The position numbers and the translations under genes are program-made. Below are positions 56,548-64,000 of a DNA stretch of 64,000 nucleotides, in pieces; positions within the stretch are counted from its first letter, which is position 1; every line of letters starts with the position of its first letter. This DNA is from Candidatus Pacearchaeota archaeon (GTDB lineage: Archaea; Nanobdellota; Nanobdellia; Pacearchaeales; GW2011-AR1): NCBI GenBank assembly GCA_017609205.1, contig JAFCEL010000001.1, positions 439,224-503,223 of the forward strand, written 5' to 3'. The notes under the pieces were generated by a model, which was not told the DNA's origin, did not search any database, and saw only the letters and a program-made list of their open reading frames with translations.

Positions 56548-57705
56548 ATGCTTTTATTGACTATGACAAAAAAAATGAAGGTGACGCCTTATGATGTTAG
56601 AGGTAAGGTTAATTATGATAAACTTATTAATGAGTTTGGAGTAAAAAAATTAAGTGAAGGTGATTTGAAAAGAATTGAGAGGCTTGCAGGAGAATTACAT
56701 CCTTATTTAAGGAGGGGAATTTTTTTTGCGCATCGTGATTTGAAAAGAGTTCTTGACGAATATGAGAAAGGGAACAAGTTTTTTCTTTATACAGGGATTG
56801 GGCCATCTGGACCTATTCATCTTGGACATATTGGGACATGGAGATTGGTTAAATGGCTGCAGGATAGGTTTGATACTGACTTGTGGTTTCAGTTTACAGA
56901 TGATGAGAAATTTCTTTATGGGAATAAGGGGTTTAAGGAGATTAGAAGATGGACAAAAGAGAATATGATTGATATAATTGCATTGGGGTTTAATCCAAAG
57001 AAAACACATTTTTTGGTTGATACTCTTCATGCAGGGATAATGTATCCGGAAGCAATTAAGGTTGCTAAGAAGATAACTTTCTCGACGATAAAAGCATCTT
57101 TTGGATTTAATGATTCAAATAACATTGGAAGTATTTTTTATACTGCTATGCAAACGGTTCCTATTTTTCTTCCAAATATCTTAAGAAACGAAAACAGGCC
57201 TTGTCTGATTCCTCTTGGAGTTGATCAGGATCCTCATTTTAGAATCTCAAGAGATGTAGTTGAAAAATTAGGGCATAAAAAACCTGCTATTTTACATGCA
57301 AAATTTATGCCTGCGTTAAGAGGGCCTGAGGGCAAAATGAGCAGTAGCTTGACTAATAGCGCAATTTTAATGACTGATTCTCCTAAAGAAGTTGAAAGAA
57401 AAATTAAAAAATATGCTTTTTCAGGGGGGCAGAAGACAATTGCAGAACATAGACAAAAAGGCGGAAACCCTGATATTGATGTTAGTTTTCAGTGGTTGAG
57501 ATATTTTGAGGAAGATGATGAGAGATTAAATCAGATAAGAGAAGATTATAAGTCTGGGAGATTGCTAACAAGTGAACTCAAGGAAATTTTAATTAAGAAA
57601 ATAAATGCTTTTTTAAAAGTACATCAGGAGAGAAGAAAAAAAGCAAAAGATAAAATCAATGATTTTTTGTTTAAAACTAGATCTCTCTATAAAATTGATG
57701 TTTAA
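56548..57705 (+). CDS. trpS: tryptophanyl-tRNA synthetase
   Basis: YTGIGPSGPIHLGHIGTWRLVKWLQD (HIGH) and KMSSS motifs. Confidence 0.8.
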   Translation: MLLLTMTKKMKVTPYDVRGKVNYDKLINEFGVKKLSEGDLKRIERLAGELHPYLRRGIFFAHRDLKRVLDEYEKGNKFFLYTGIGPSGPIHLGHIGTWRLVKWLQDRFDTDLWFQFTDDEKFLYGNKGFKEIRRWTKENMIDIIALGFNPKKTHFLVDTLHAGIMYPEAIKVAKKITFSTIKASFGFNDSNNIGSIFYTAMQTVPIFLPNILRNENRPCLIPLGVDQDPHFRISRDVVEKLGHKKPAILHAKFMPALRGPEGKMSSSLTNSAILMTDSPKEVERKIKKYAFSGGQKTIAEHRQKGGNPDIDVSFQWLRYFEEDDERLNQIREDYKSGRLLTSELKEILIKKINAFLKVHQERRKKAKDKINDFLFKTRSLYKIDV

Positions 57706-58231
57706 ATCCTCGGGAATCTATTGGTTGAAGTCTATTGGGGTCTATTTTCAGTTTCCCTTGTTTTAATTTTCTTATTAGACTTTTTTTGTAAAAGTGGGTT
57801 TGCCCGAAATTATAATATTCCCATTCTCCTCTTAGCAAGCCTTTTGCTATTATTAAGCTTTCATGCCATTCTTTAATCTCTTCTTTTTTTGGGTGTAGGA
57901 TTCTTCTTAAGTTCTCTCTATTTTTTGTTGTATTGTCAAAACAGCTATATTGATTGGGATGCAATAAGACTTCTTTAAGTGAGCCTTCACCATTATACTT
58001 TCTTCCATCATTTAGTCTATTAAATGGAGTAATTCCAGCAAATATCTTCTCTCTTGGTTCGCAACCGCTTGTTTCTCCGTAAATCATCATTGCTAATAAG
58101 ATATCTTCTGATTTTTGTTCTAGAATCTTTCTTTCAGATATACCGTAACTTGATTCTGGAAGAAGCAGTCTGCTAACTAAATCTGCTCCTGCCATTCCTG
58201 TAATTTTTAAAAATTGTCTTCGATTCATCAT
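57677..58231 (-). CDS. Tat-signal secreted cell-wall hydrolase (SleB/CwlJ Hydrolase_2-like)
   Basis: N-terminus MMNRRQFLKITGMAGA (twin-arginine). ILLAMMIYGETSG...ITPFNRL...HPNQYSCFD resembles the SleB family. Confidence 0.5.
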   Translation of the reverse strand: MMNRRQFLKITGMAGADLVSRLLLPESSYGISERKILEQKSEDILLAMMIYGETSGCEPREKIFAGITPFNRLNDGRKYNGEGSLKEVLLHPNQYSCFDNTTKNRENLRRILHPKKEEIKEWHESLIIAKGLLRGEWEYYNFGQTHFYKKSLIRKLKQGKLKIDPNRLQPIDSRGFKHQFYREI

Positions 58232-58325
58232 TTTAAAAGCAATTAATTTTGATATTAATCTTATAAATTAGAAGCAAATATTCTCTGATAACTAATTTTA
58301 TAAACCTTTTGTTCTTATTTCGCTT

Positions 58326-60023
58326 ATGAAGATCTTATTACTTCATGTTGATTATATTAGGTTCAAACCCTTGAAGAAAGCATTGAGGAGTGTTGGCGAA
58401 CTTTCTGAAAAAGAGAAGAAGGGCAATAAAGTTGAGGATGCTCTGGTAGTTCTGACTGCTGTTGAGAAAGGCGACAGTGATGTTAAGAAAATCGTTGAAG
58501 AGTTTGTTAAGAATGTAAAAGATGTTGCTAAACAGGTTGGTGTAAAAAATGTTGTTCTTTACCCCTATGTTCATTTATCTCCGGTTCCCTCTACTCCTGA
58601 GCTTGCTATAAAGGTTCTAGATGAAGCAGAGAAGAAATTAAAAAAAGACTTTAAGATTGCTCGGGCTCCGTTTGGTTATTATAAAGAATTTGAGATGAAG
58701 GTTAAAGGACATCCGCTGAGTGAATTGAGTAGAGAAATAACTGCCAGGGAAGAATCAGAAAAGTATGATTATAAGCAATTACTTAGAGAGATTTCAAAGA
58801 CTAAACTGGATACTTCTAAACTAAAGGATAATGATCATAGGATTCTCGGACAGCAGATGGATTTGTTTAGTTTTTCAGAGGTTGCACCAGGAATGGTTTT
58901 TTGGCATAATAATGGATTAATAATTTATAATGAGCTTATTCGGTTCTGGAGAGAGGTTCATAGGGAAGCAGGGTATCAGGAGATAAAAACACCTCAGATT
59001 TTGGACAAGAAATTATGGCAGATTTCTGGACATTGGGAAAAATACAAGGAAAATATTTTTTTAACAGAATATGAAAAAAGGGTTTTTGCTGTGAAGCCAA
59101 TGAATTGCCCTGGAGGAATGTTAATTTTTAAACATAAGCCAAAAAGTTATAAAGACCTTCCATTGAGAGCTGGTGAATTGGGAGTTGTTCATAGACAAGA
59201 ACTCTCGGGTGTTTTAGGAGGTCTTTTTAGGGTGATTCAATTTACACAGGATGATGCACATATTTATTGCACAGAAAAACAGATGGAGGAGGAACTTATT
59301 AGAATAATTGAGTTGGCAATTTTCTTTTATGAGAAGTTTAGTTTGGAGATAGACCATATTGAACTCTCAACTAGACCGGAAAGGAGAATTGGCGACGAGA
59401 AAATGTGGGATCTTGCTGAAAAAACTCTTGAGAAAGTTCTAAGGCAAAAAAAAGTTAATTTTGTAATTAATGAGGGAGATGGGGCTTTTTATGGACCTAA
59501 GATTGATTTTCATGTTAAGGATTCTCTTGGAAGAACATGGCAGTGTGCTACAGTGCAGTTAGATTTTGCAATGCCAGAGAGGTTTGGCCTGGAATATACG
59601 GATAAAGATAATAAAAAGAAAAGGCCTGTAATGATACATCGAACGATTTATGGTTCTCTTGAAAGATTTATTGGGATTTTAATTGAGCATACAAAAGGTA
59701 GATTACCGACATGGATTGCACCTATTCAGGTTCGGGTTTTGAGTTTTACAGATAAGAATATTAGTTATGGAAAAAAGGTTGTTGAAGAATTGAAAGAGAA
59801 AATTCCAAATCTGAGAATTGAAGATGATTTCAGAAGCACAACAGTTCAATCAAAGGTTAAAGATGCTGAATTAATGAGGGTCCCATATATAATTGTTGTT
59901 GGTGATAAAGAAGAGAAAGAGAAAAATCTTGCTGTTAGGATTAGAGGGGATAAGAAAATTGAGAAATTCACAGTGGATAGTTTTGCTAAGAAATTGTCAA
60001 AGGAAATTGAGGAAAGAGAATGA
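58326..60023 (+). CDS. thrS: threonyl-tRNA synthetase (archaeal type with N-terminal editing domain)
   Basis: Class II motifs FRVIQFTQDDAHIYC and HRTIYGSLERFIGILIEH, plus a C-terminal anticodon-binding domain. Confidence 0.85.
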   Translation: MKILLLHVDYIRFKPLKKALRSVGELSEKEKKGNKVEDALVVLTAVEKGDSDVKKIVEEFVKNVKDVAKQVGVKNVVLYPYVHLSPVPSTPELAIKVLDEAEKKLKKDFKIARAPFGYYKEFEMKVKGHPLSELSREITAREESEKYDYKQLLREISKTKLDTSKLKDNDHRILGQQMDLFSFSEVAPGMVFWHNNGLIIYNELIRFWREVHREAGYQEIKTPQILDKKLWQISGHWEKYKENIFLTEYEKRVFAVKPMNCPGGMLIFKHKPKSYKDLPLRAGELGVVHRQELSGVLGGLFRVIQFTQDDAHIYCTEKQMEEELIRIIELAIFFYEKFSLEIDHIELSTRPERRIGDEKMWDLAEKTLEKVLRQKKVNFVINEGDGAFYGPKIDFHVKDSLGRTWQCATVQLDFAMPERFGLEYTDKDNKKKRPVMIHRTIYGSLERFIGILIEHTKGRLPTWIAPIQVRVLSFTDKNISYGKKVVEELKEKIPNLRIEDDFRSTTVQSKVKDAELMRVPYIIVVGDKEEKEKNLAVRIRGDKKIEKFTVDSFAKKLSKEIEERE

Positions 60024-60263
60024 ACTGATGAATTTAAGGAATTTATTAAAAAATATCCTTCAGCGTTTTTATGTTCTGCTTTTTTTTCAATTGATAAAAA
60101 AGGAAATGATAATAAACAGCATTTTGATTATTTTATTGGGGATAAAATTATTTCTTTTCAGCTTGAAGACAACTTCAAAAAGATTGAGCTTGAGAACTTT
60201 GGGGGGCAGGTTCCTAAAAAAGTAAATGAGAAAATTGATTTTGATTTTAAGATTCTTGAGAGA

Positions 60264-60500
60264 ATGATTGTTGATAAAATGCAGGAGGAGAATATAAGGA
60301 AGGATATACAGAAGATTTTATGGTCTCTGCAGAGATTGGATGAGGGTGATTTTCTTATTGGCACAATTTTTATCTCGGGTCTAGGGATGGTTAGAGTTAA
60401 AATTAATCTAAAGGATAATAAATTAGTTGATTTTGAAAAGAAGAGCTTGTTTGATATTGTTAAGGTTTTTAAAAATAGCAAGGAGAACTCTCAGAATTAG
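60264..60500 (+). CDS. hypothetical protein. The reading frame stays open upstream to the thrS stop at 60021.
   Basis: ORF begins at its first ATG. See the finding on the 60021..60500 open frame. Confidence 0.35.
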   Translation: MIVDKMQEENIRKDIQKILWSLQRLDEGDFLIGTIFISGLGMVRVKINLKDNKLVDFEKKSLFDIVKVFKNSKENSQN

Positions 60501-60505
60501 TTAGT

Positions 60506-61111
60506 TTAATCTTTAATTTTCTCAGCGATAAATTCAATGCTTCTCTTTGGTTCTATTCTCTTTATAATTTTAAACCCTTCTTTCTTAAATAAATCGTGAA
60601 TCTCTTTTTCGTCAAAGAGATAATAATATCTTCTCTCTTTGTTTTTCCAACGAATGAACTTTTCTTTTGAGGCGTTTTTGAATTGCTTTGAGTTTTTATT
60701 ATAAACAGTAACATAAACTTTTGCTTTTGATTTTAAAACACGATAAAGTTCTTTTACTGCTTTTTCTCTATCTTGCTTTTTAGGTATGCAATGAAGCGAA
60801 GAAGTGCAAATAGCAGCGTCAAAGTATTCATCCTTGAAGGGAAGTTTTGTCATATCCGATATAATGAATTTTGCAGAGATGTTTTTGTTTTTTGCCCTCT
60901 TTTTTGCAAACTCAATCATTTTTTCTGAGAAGTCTATTAGATACATCTGTCCATTTTTTATTTTTATTAAATGTCGTCCTGCTCCACTTCCTAAATCTAG
61001 AATTTTCCCTTGTTGTTCTTTAAGAAAATCTGTTACTCTTTTTATTGGATTATTTTTTAGTTTATACCATTCATTTGCTAAATTATTCCAGACTTTTTTT
61101 TGACATCTCAT
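60506..61111 (-). CDS. class I SAM-dependent methyltransferase (possibly Trm9-like)
   Basis: ILDLGSGAGRH SAM motif. Divergent from elp3. Confidence 0.6.
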   Translation of the reverse strand: MRCQKKVWNNLANEWYKLKNNPIKRVTDFLKEQQGKILDLGSGAGRHLIKIKNGQMYLIDFSEKMIEFAKKRAKNKNISAKFIISDMTKLPFKDEYFDAAICTSSLHCIPKKQDREKAVKELYRVLKSKAKVYVTVYNKNSKQFKNASKEKFIRWKNKERRYYYLFDEKEIHDLFKKEGFKIIKRIEPKRSIEFIAEKIKD

Positions 61112-61143
61112 TTATTAAGAAAAGAATTTAAGGTTAAATTTGT

Positions 61144-62511
61144 TTGGATTTTATGGACAAGCCACGTAAAGGAGAGATTCGCAAACCCACAAGGACTTTA
61201 TCTGGGATTACACCTGTTGCTGTGATGTTGCCTCCGCGAAAATGTAACCATGGGATGTGTGTTTATTGTCCGTCGATGGATGTTCCCCAGAGTTATACTC
61301 CTCGAAGTCCTGTTGTAATGAGGGCTAAGAGAGTTGGCTATGATTCTTATAAACAGGTTTGTGCAAGAATAAAATCTTTTCAGGTTATGAATCATCCTAC
61401 AGATAAAATTGAGATTATAATTATGGGAGGGACTTTTTTAGAATATCCTGAGAAATTTAAGAATGAGTTTGTTAAAGGAATCTACGACGGGCTTAATGGA
61501 AAAAAATCAAAAACATTGAAACAAGCACAAAAAATGAATGAGACTGCGAAGCATAGATGTGTGGCGTTTTGTATTGAAACTCGCCCTGATGTTTGTGTGG
61601 AGTTCATCGAGCAGATGAGAAATTGGGGTGTGACGAGAGTTGAATTGGGAGTTCAAATTCCTGACGATAAAATTTATAAGAAAGTTAAAAGGGGGCATTC
61701 AGTAAGGGATGTTATTAATGCTACGAGAGTTCTGAAGAATGCTGGTTTTAAAGTTGGCTATCACATTATGTTCGGGCTTCCAGGAAGTAGTTTAAAAAAA
61801 GATTACAAACTGTTCAAACGACTTTTCTCTTTGAGTAGTTTTCGTCCTGACCAATTGAAGCTTTATCCTTGCCAAGTAATGCCAAATTCTGAGATTGAGA
61901 ACTGGTATTGGAAAGGAAAATATAAACCTTATACTAAACAGGAAACTAAGAAAATTTTGATTGCAGTTTTGAAAATAATTCCGCGTTATTGTAGGGTGAT
62001 GAGAATTATGAGAGAAATTCCACCGCAATATATTATTGCAGGAACTCAGAGAATTGATTTGCGTAAGGAGATTGAGAGTGAACTGAGGGAGAAGAATTTA
62101 AAATTAAAGGAGATAAGATATAGGGAGATAGGATTTGCGATTAATCGTGGAGAAGTAGATAATAATTTGAGATTAAAGATAACAAAATATCGGGCATCTG
62201 AGGGTACAGAGTATTTTTTAGAGGTGGTAAACAGCGACGATATTTTATTTGGATTATGCCGGTTAAGAATTTTTCATAAGAATGCAATTATTAGGGAGCT
62301 TCATGTATATGGACCTGCGTTAAGATTAGGGCAAGAAGGAATTATTTCGCAGCATCGTGGTCTTGGAAAATGGCTTATGGGAGAAGCAGAAAAAATTGCG
62401 CAAAAGAAAGGTGTGAAGGAATTAAAAATTATTTCTGGGATTGGGGTAAGAGAATATTACAAAAAGTTGGGATATAGGTTAGACAAAACTTATATGGTCA
62501 AATCCTTATAA
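61144..62511 (+). CDS. elp3: Elp3-like radical SAM + GNAT tRNA uridine-34 modification enzyme
   Basis: Radical SAM cluster CNHGMCVYCP and C-terminal GNAT region. Confidence 0.85.
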   Translation: MDFMDKPRKGEIRKPTRTLSGITPVAVMLPPRKCNHGMCVYCPSMDVPQSYTPRSPVVMRAKRVGYDSYKQVCARIKSFQVMNHPTDKIEIIIMGGTFLEYPEKFKNEFVKGIYDGLNGKKSKTLKQAQKMNETAKHRCVAFCIETRPDVCVEFIEQMRNWGVTRVELGVQIPDDKIYKKVKRGHSVRDVINATRVLKNAGFKVGYHIMFGLPGSSLKKDYKLFKRLFSLSSFRPDQLKLYPCQVMPNSEIENWYWKGKYKPYTKQETKKILIAVLKIIPRYCRVMRIMREIPPQYIIAGTQRIDLRKEIESELREKNLKLKEIRYREIGFAINRGEVDNNLRLKITKYRASEGTEYFLEVVNSDDILFGLCRLRIFHKNAIIRELHVYGPALRLGQEGIISQHRGLGKWLMGEAEKIAQKKGVKELKIISGIGVREYYKKLGYRLDKTYMVKSL

Positions 62512-63322
62512 CACCTGCCTGCCAATCTTTCAAAATTTTTCTTGCTGTTTTATCGGAATCAATCAGTCCTTTTTTTTTCAAAAAGTTCCATTTTTTTCCT
62601 AGCTCGTTTAGGATTTTTTCAGCGTCGGCTTTTGCTTCTGTTTTATAATGTTCTTCTAAGACATCTGGATAGTCTTTTATTAATTTTGCAATCACCATTT
62701 CAGGATCTTTGACTTGCGAATATGAGCGTCCTCCAACGATGGTGTGCTGGGCAATTTTCTCTTTTTCTATATTTGAATATTCTTCATTAGGAATTACCCC
62801 TGGAGTATCTAATAAGATTATTTCATTAGTTAATCTTATTTTTTGAATTCCTTTTGTGAAACCTGCATCTGCTCCTACACCTGCTTTTGATTTTCCGACT
62901 AGCAGATTTATGAGGGAACTTTTTCCTGTGTTGGGGTATCCGATTACTCCAATAGTGATTTTATCGTTAGAAGGTTTTATTTTTTTTGAGACTATTTTTA
63001 TCTTGTCCCTTAGCTTTTTTATGTTTTTTTTGGTTTTGCATGATACATTAATGCTCTGAGGTATTTTTGATGAGGTTTTTTTTGTAAGGTCGGACTTATT
63101 TAAAACATAAATTATTTTTTTCTTTTTTCTTTTTATTTTTTTTTCAAGTTCAATATTTCTTGTTTCTCTTACAAATCTTGCATCAAGAACTTCGAGAATG
63201 ATATCTGAATCTTCGATTATTTTTTCAACTAGTGAAGGATATTTTTCTTTTTGTTTTCTTAGCTTTGGAGATTTTGTTGCTCTTTTAGTTTTTCGTGAAG
63301 AAAAGATATATTTCGCTCTCAT
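62498..63322 (-). CDS. circularly permuted ribosome-biogenesis GTPase (RbgA/YlqF/Nog2 family)
   Basis: Order G4 NKSDL, then G1 GYPNTGKSSLIN, then G3 DTPG, with N-terminal DIILEVLDAR. Confidence 0.75.
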   Translation of the reverse strand: MRAKYIFSSRKTKRATKSPKLRKQKEKYPSLVEKIIEDSDIILEVLDARFVRETRNIELEKKIKRKKKKIIYVLNKSDLTKKTSSKIPQSINVSCKTKKNIKKLRDKIKIVSKKIKPSNDKITIGVIGYPNTGKSSLINLLVGKSKAGVGADAGFTKGIQKIRLTNEIILLDTPGVIPNEEYSNIEKEKIAQHTIVGGRSYSQVKDPEMVIAKLIKDYPDVLEEHYKTEAKADAEKILNELGKKWNFLKKKGLIDSDKTARKILKDWQAGVIRI

Positions 63323-63424
63323 AGAATCAGTAAGATGTATAAGTTTATGAACTTTTGGATAGTTAGTTTTAAAAATGAATTTATGTAATTATTCTTAAGT
63401 CGATAGCTTAGTTGAGGGTTTGTT

Positions 63425-63434
63425 AGATATATAG
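63425..63434 (+). promoter_or_regulatory. putative TATA box (agatatatag) ~30 nt upstream of tRNA-Glu
   Basis: TATA-like element at archaeal promoter spacing. Confidence 0.35.
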
Positions 63435-63461
63435 AATCTGACGTGGATTATCTCATATTCA

Positions 63462-63561
63462 GCCCCGATAGTTCAGAGGCCAAGAATGCTGCCCTTTCAG
63501 GAACTTGTTTTCAACTCTTCGGAGAAAGGCAGTGACCCGAGTTCGAATCTCGGTCGGGGCG
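63462..63561 (+). tRNA. tRNA-Glu (anticodon TTC) with 27-nt intron (63500..63526)
   Basis: Acceptor gccccga/tcggggc and anticodon stem ctgcc/ggcag. The intron follows position 37. T-loop ttcgaat. Confidence 0.75.
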
Positions 63562-63665
63562 TATTTTATTCTGGACATATGAAAAATCAGGACATTAAAT
63601 TCTTCATTTTTTTGATATTTTTGAATTAGAAAACTTTAATAATTGTATTGGTTGTTTAGTGTTAA

Positions 63666-63689
63666 GAGCCTGTAGCTCAGCCTGGTTAG
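63666..63689 (+). repeat. 24-nt perfect direct copy of the 5' end of the downstream tRNA gene (gagcctgtagctcagcctggttag)
   Basis: Identical to 63736..63759. The following sequence cannot complete a cloverleaf. Confidence 0.7.
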
Positions 63690-63735
63690 GCTGGAATCAG
63701 AAGATTCCGCTAAAACCCGTCTGGCTACTTGCAAT

Positions 63736-63853
63736 GAGCCTGTAGCTCAGCCTGGTTAGAGCACCAGTCTTATACGACGGTAGTTCATTAGAGCTATTGC
63801 TTATTCCTGTCTAGGAAAGCTGGGGGTCCGCGGTTCAAATCCGCGCAGGCTCA
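63736..63853 (+). tRNA. tRNA-Ile (anticodon TAT) with ~43-nt intron (63775..63817)
   Basis: Acceptor gagcctg/caggctc, D-stem gctc/gagc and anticodon stem ccagt/gctgg. The loop reads ctTATa plus intron. T-arm cgcgg-ttcaaat-ccgcg. Confidence 0.55.
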
Positions 63854-63893
63854 TTATAATTAATCTTAAATAATCTGTCTCTTTTGATAAGTT

Positions 63894-64000
63894 ATGTTAA
63901 TTGGACTTGTTGGAAAGCCTTCATGTGGAAAATCAACTTTTTTCAAAGCAGCTACTTTAGCAGATGTTCTTATTGCGGCATATCCTTTTGCAACTATAAA
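63894..64000 (+). CDS. Obg/YchF-like GTP-binding protein, 5' fragment (runs off window)
   Basis: MLIGLVGKPSCGKSTFFKAATLADVLIAAYPFATI contains G1 GKPSCGKST. Confidence 0.6.
   Translation, partial: MLIGLVGKPSCGKSTFFKAATLADVLIAAYPFATI

Noticed and set aside
884-60023. Genome-wide TGA recoding (suggested by the open frame after the thrS TGA)
   Set aside because: eno, rpoK and rrp4 all end in TGA at the expected lengths, and all proteins translate normally with the standard code.
59893-60225. 110-aa plus-strand ORF overlapping the thrS 3' end
   Set aside because: It is out of frame with thrS and its composition is spurious.
63666-63735. First copy of the tRNA 5' half as an independent tRNA gene
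   Set aside because: Its D-stem partner and its 3' acceptor strand are missing, so no cloverleaf can form.
1-64000. CRISPR arrays, rRNA genes, IS elements or integrases
   Set aside because: No regularly spaced repeats, rRNA-like conserved stretches or transposase/integrase ORFs were seen anywhere in the window.

Overview
This window is a low-GC (~30%) stretch of an archaeal chromosome. The genome looks reduced and DPANN-like: short proteins, split genes, intron-containing tRNAs and Lys/Glu-rich tails. That lineage guess is inference. Gene content is mostly core information processing. The conserved archaeal exosome/proteasome superoperon (pop5-psmA-sdo1-rrp4-rrp41-rrp42) is fused to rpoK-eno-rps2 on the minus strand. 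Also present are RNase J, Mre11-Rad50, aCPSF1, proteasome beta, Cdc48, PolB, FEN1, RFC large and small, Nth, PheS/PheT, MetRS, TrpRS, ThrRS, PEP synthase, Elp3, TFS, NAC, MinD, signal peptidase and MetAP. There are six tRNA genes, and four of them carry introns, one about 185 nt long. Several things are unusual. A secreted N-glycosylation-rich protein carries a textbook thrombospondin type-1 repeat and a possible C-type-lectin-like tail. A Tat-signal SleB/CwlJ-like cell-wall hydrolase is present. A receptor-like surface protein has a cytoplasmic cyclase-homology-like tail. A 25-aa eL41 ribosomal protein gene sits unannotated in a polypurine tract. Three enzymes appear split into overlapping ORFs: MetRS plus a Trbp111/EMAP domain, a NSUN methyltransferase, and ThiI-like plus TtuA-like. 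A 24-nt duplicate of a tRNA 5' half lies just upstream of a tRNA-Ile(UAU) gene. An 80-codon stop-free in-frame stretch directly follows the ThrRS TGA stop. No CRISPR array, rRNA or obvious mobile element was seen. All calls come from reading the ORF translations and the sequence by eye; no searches were run.
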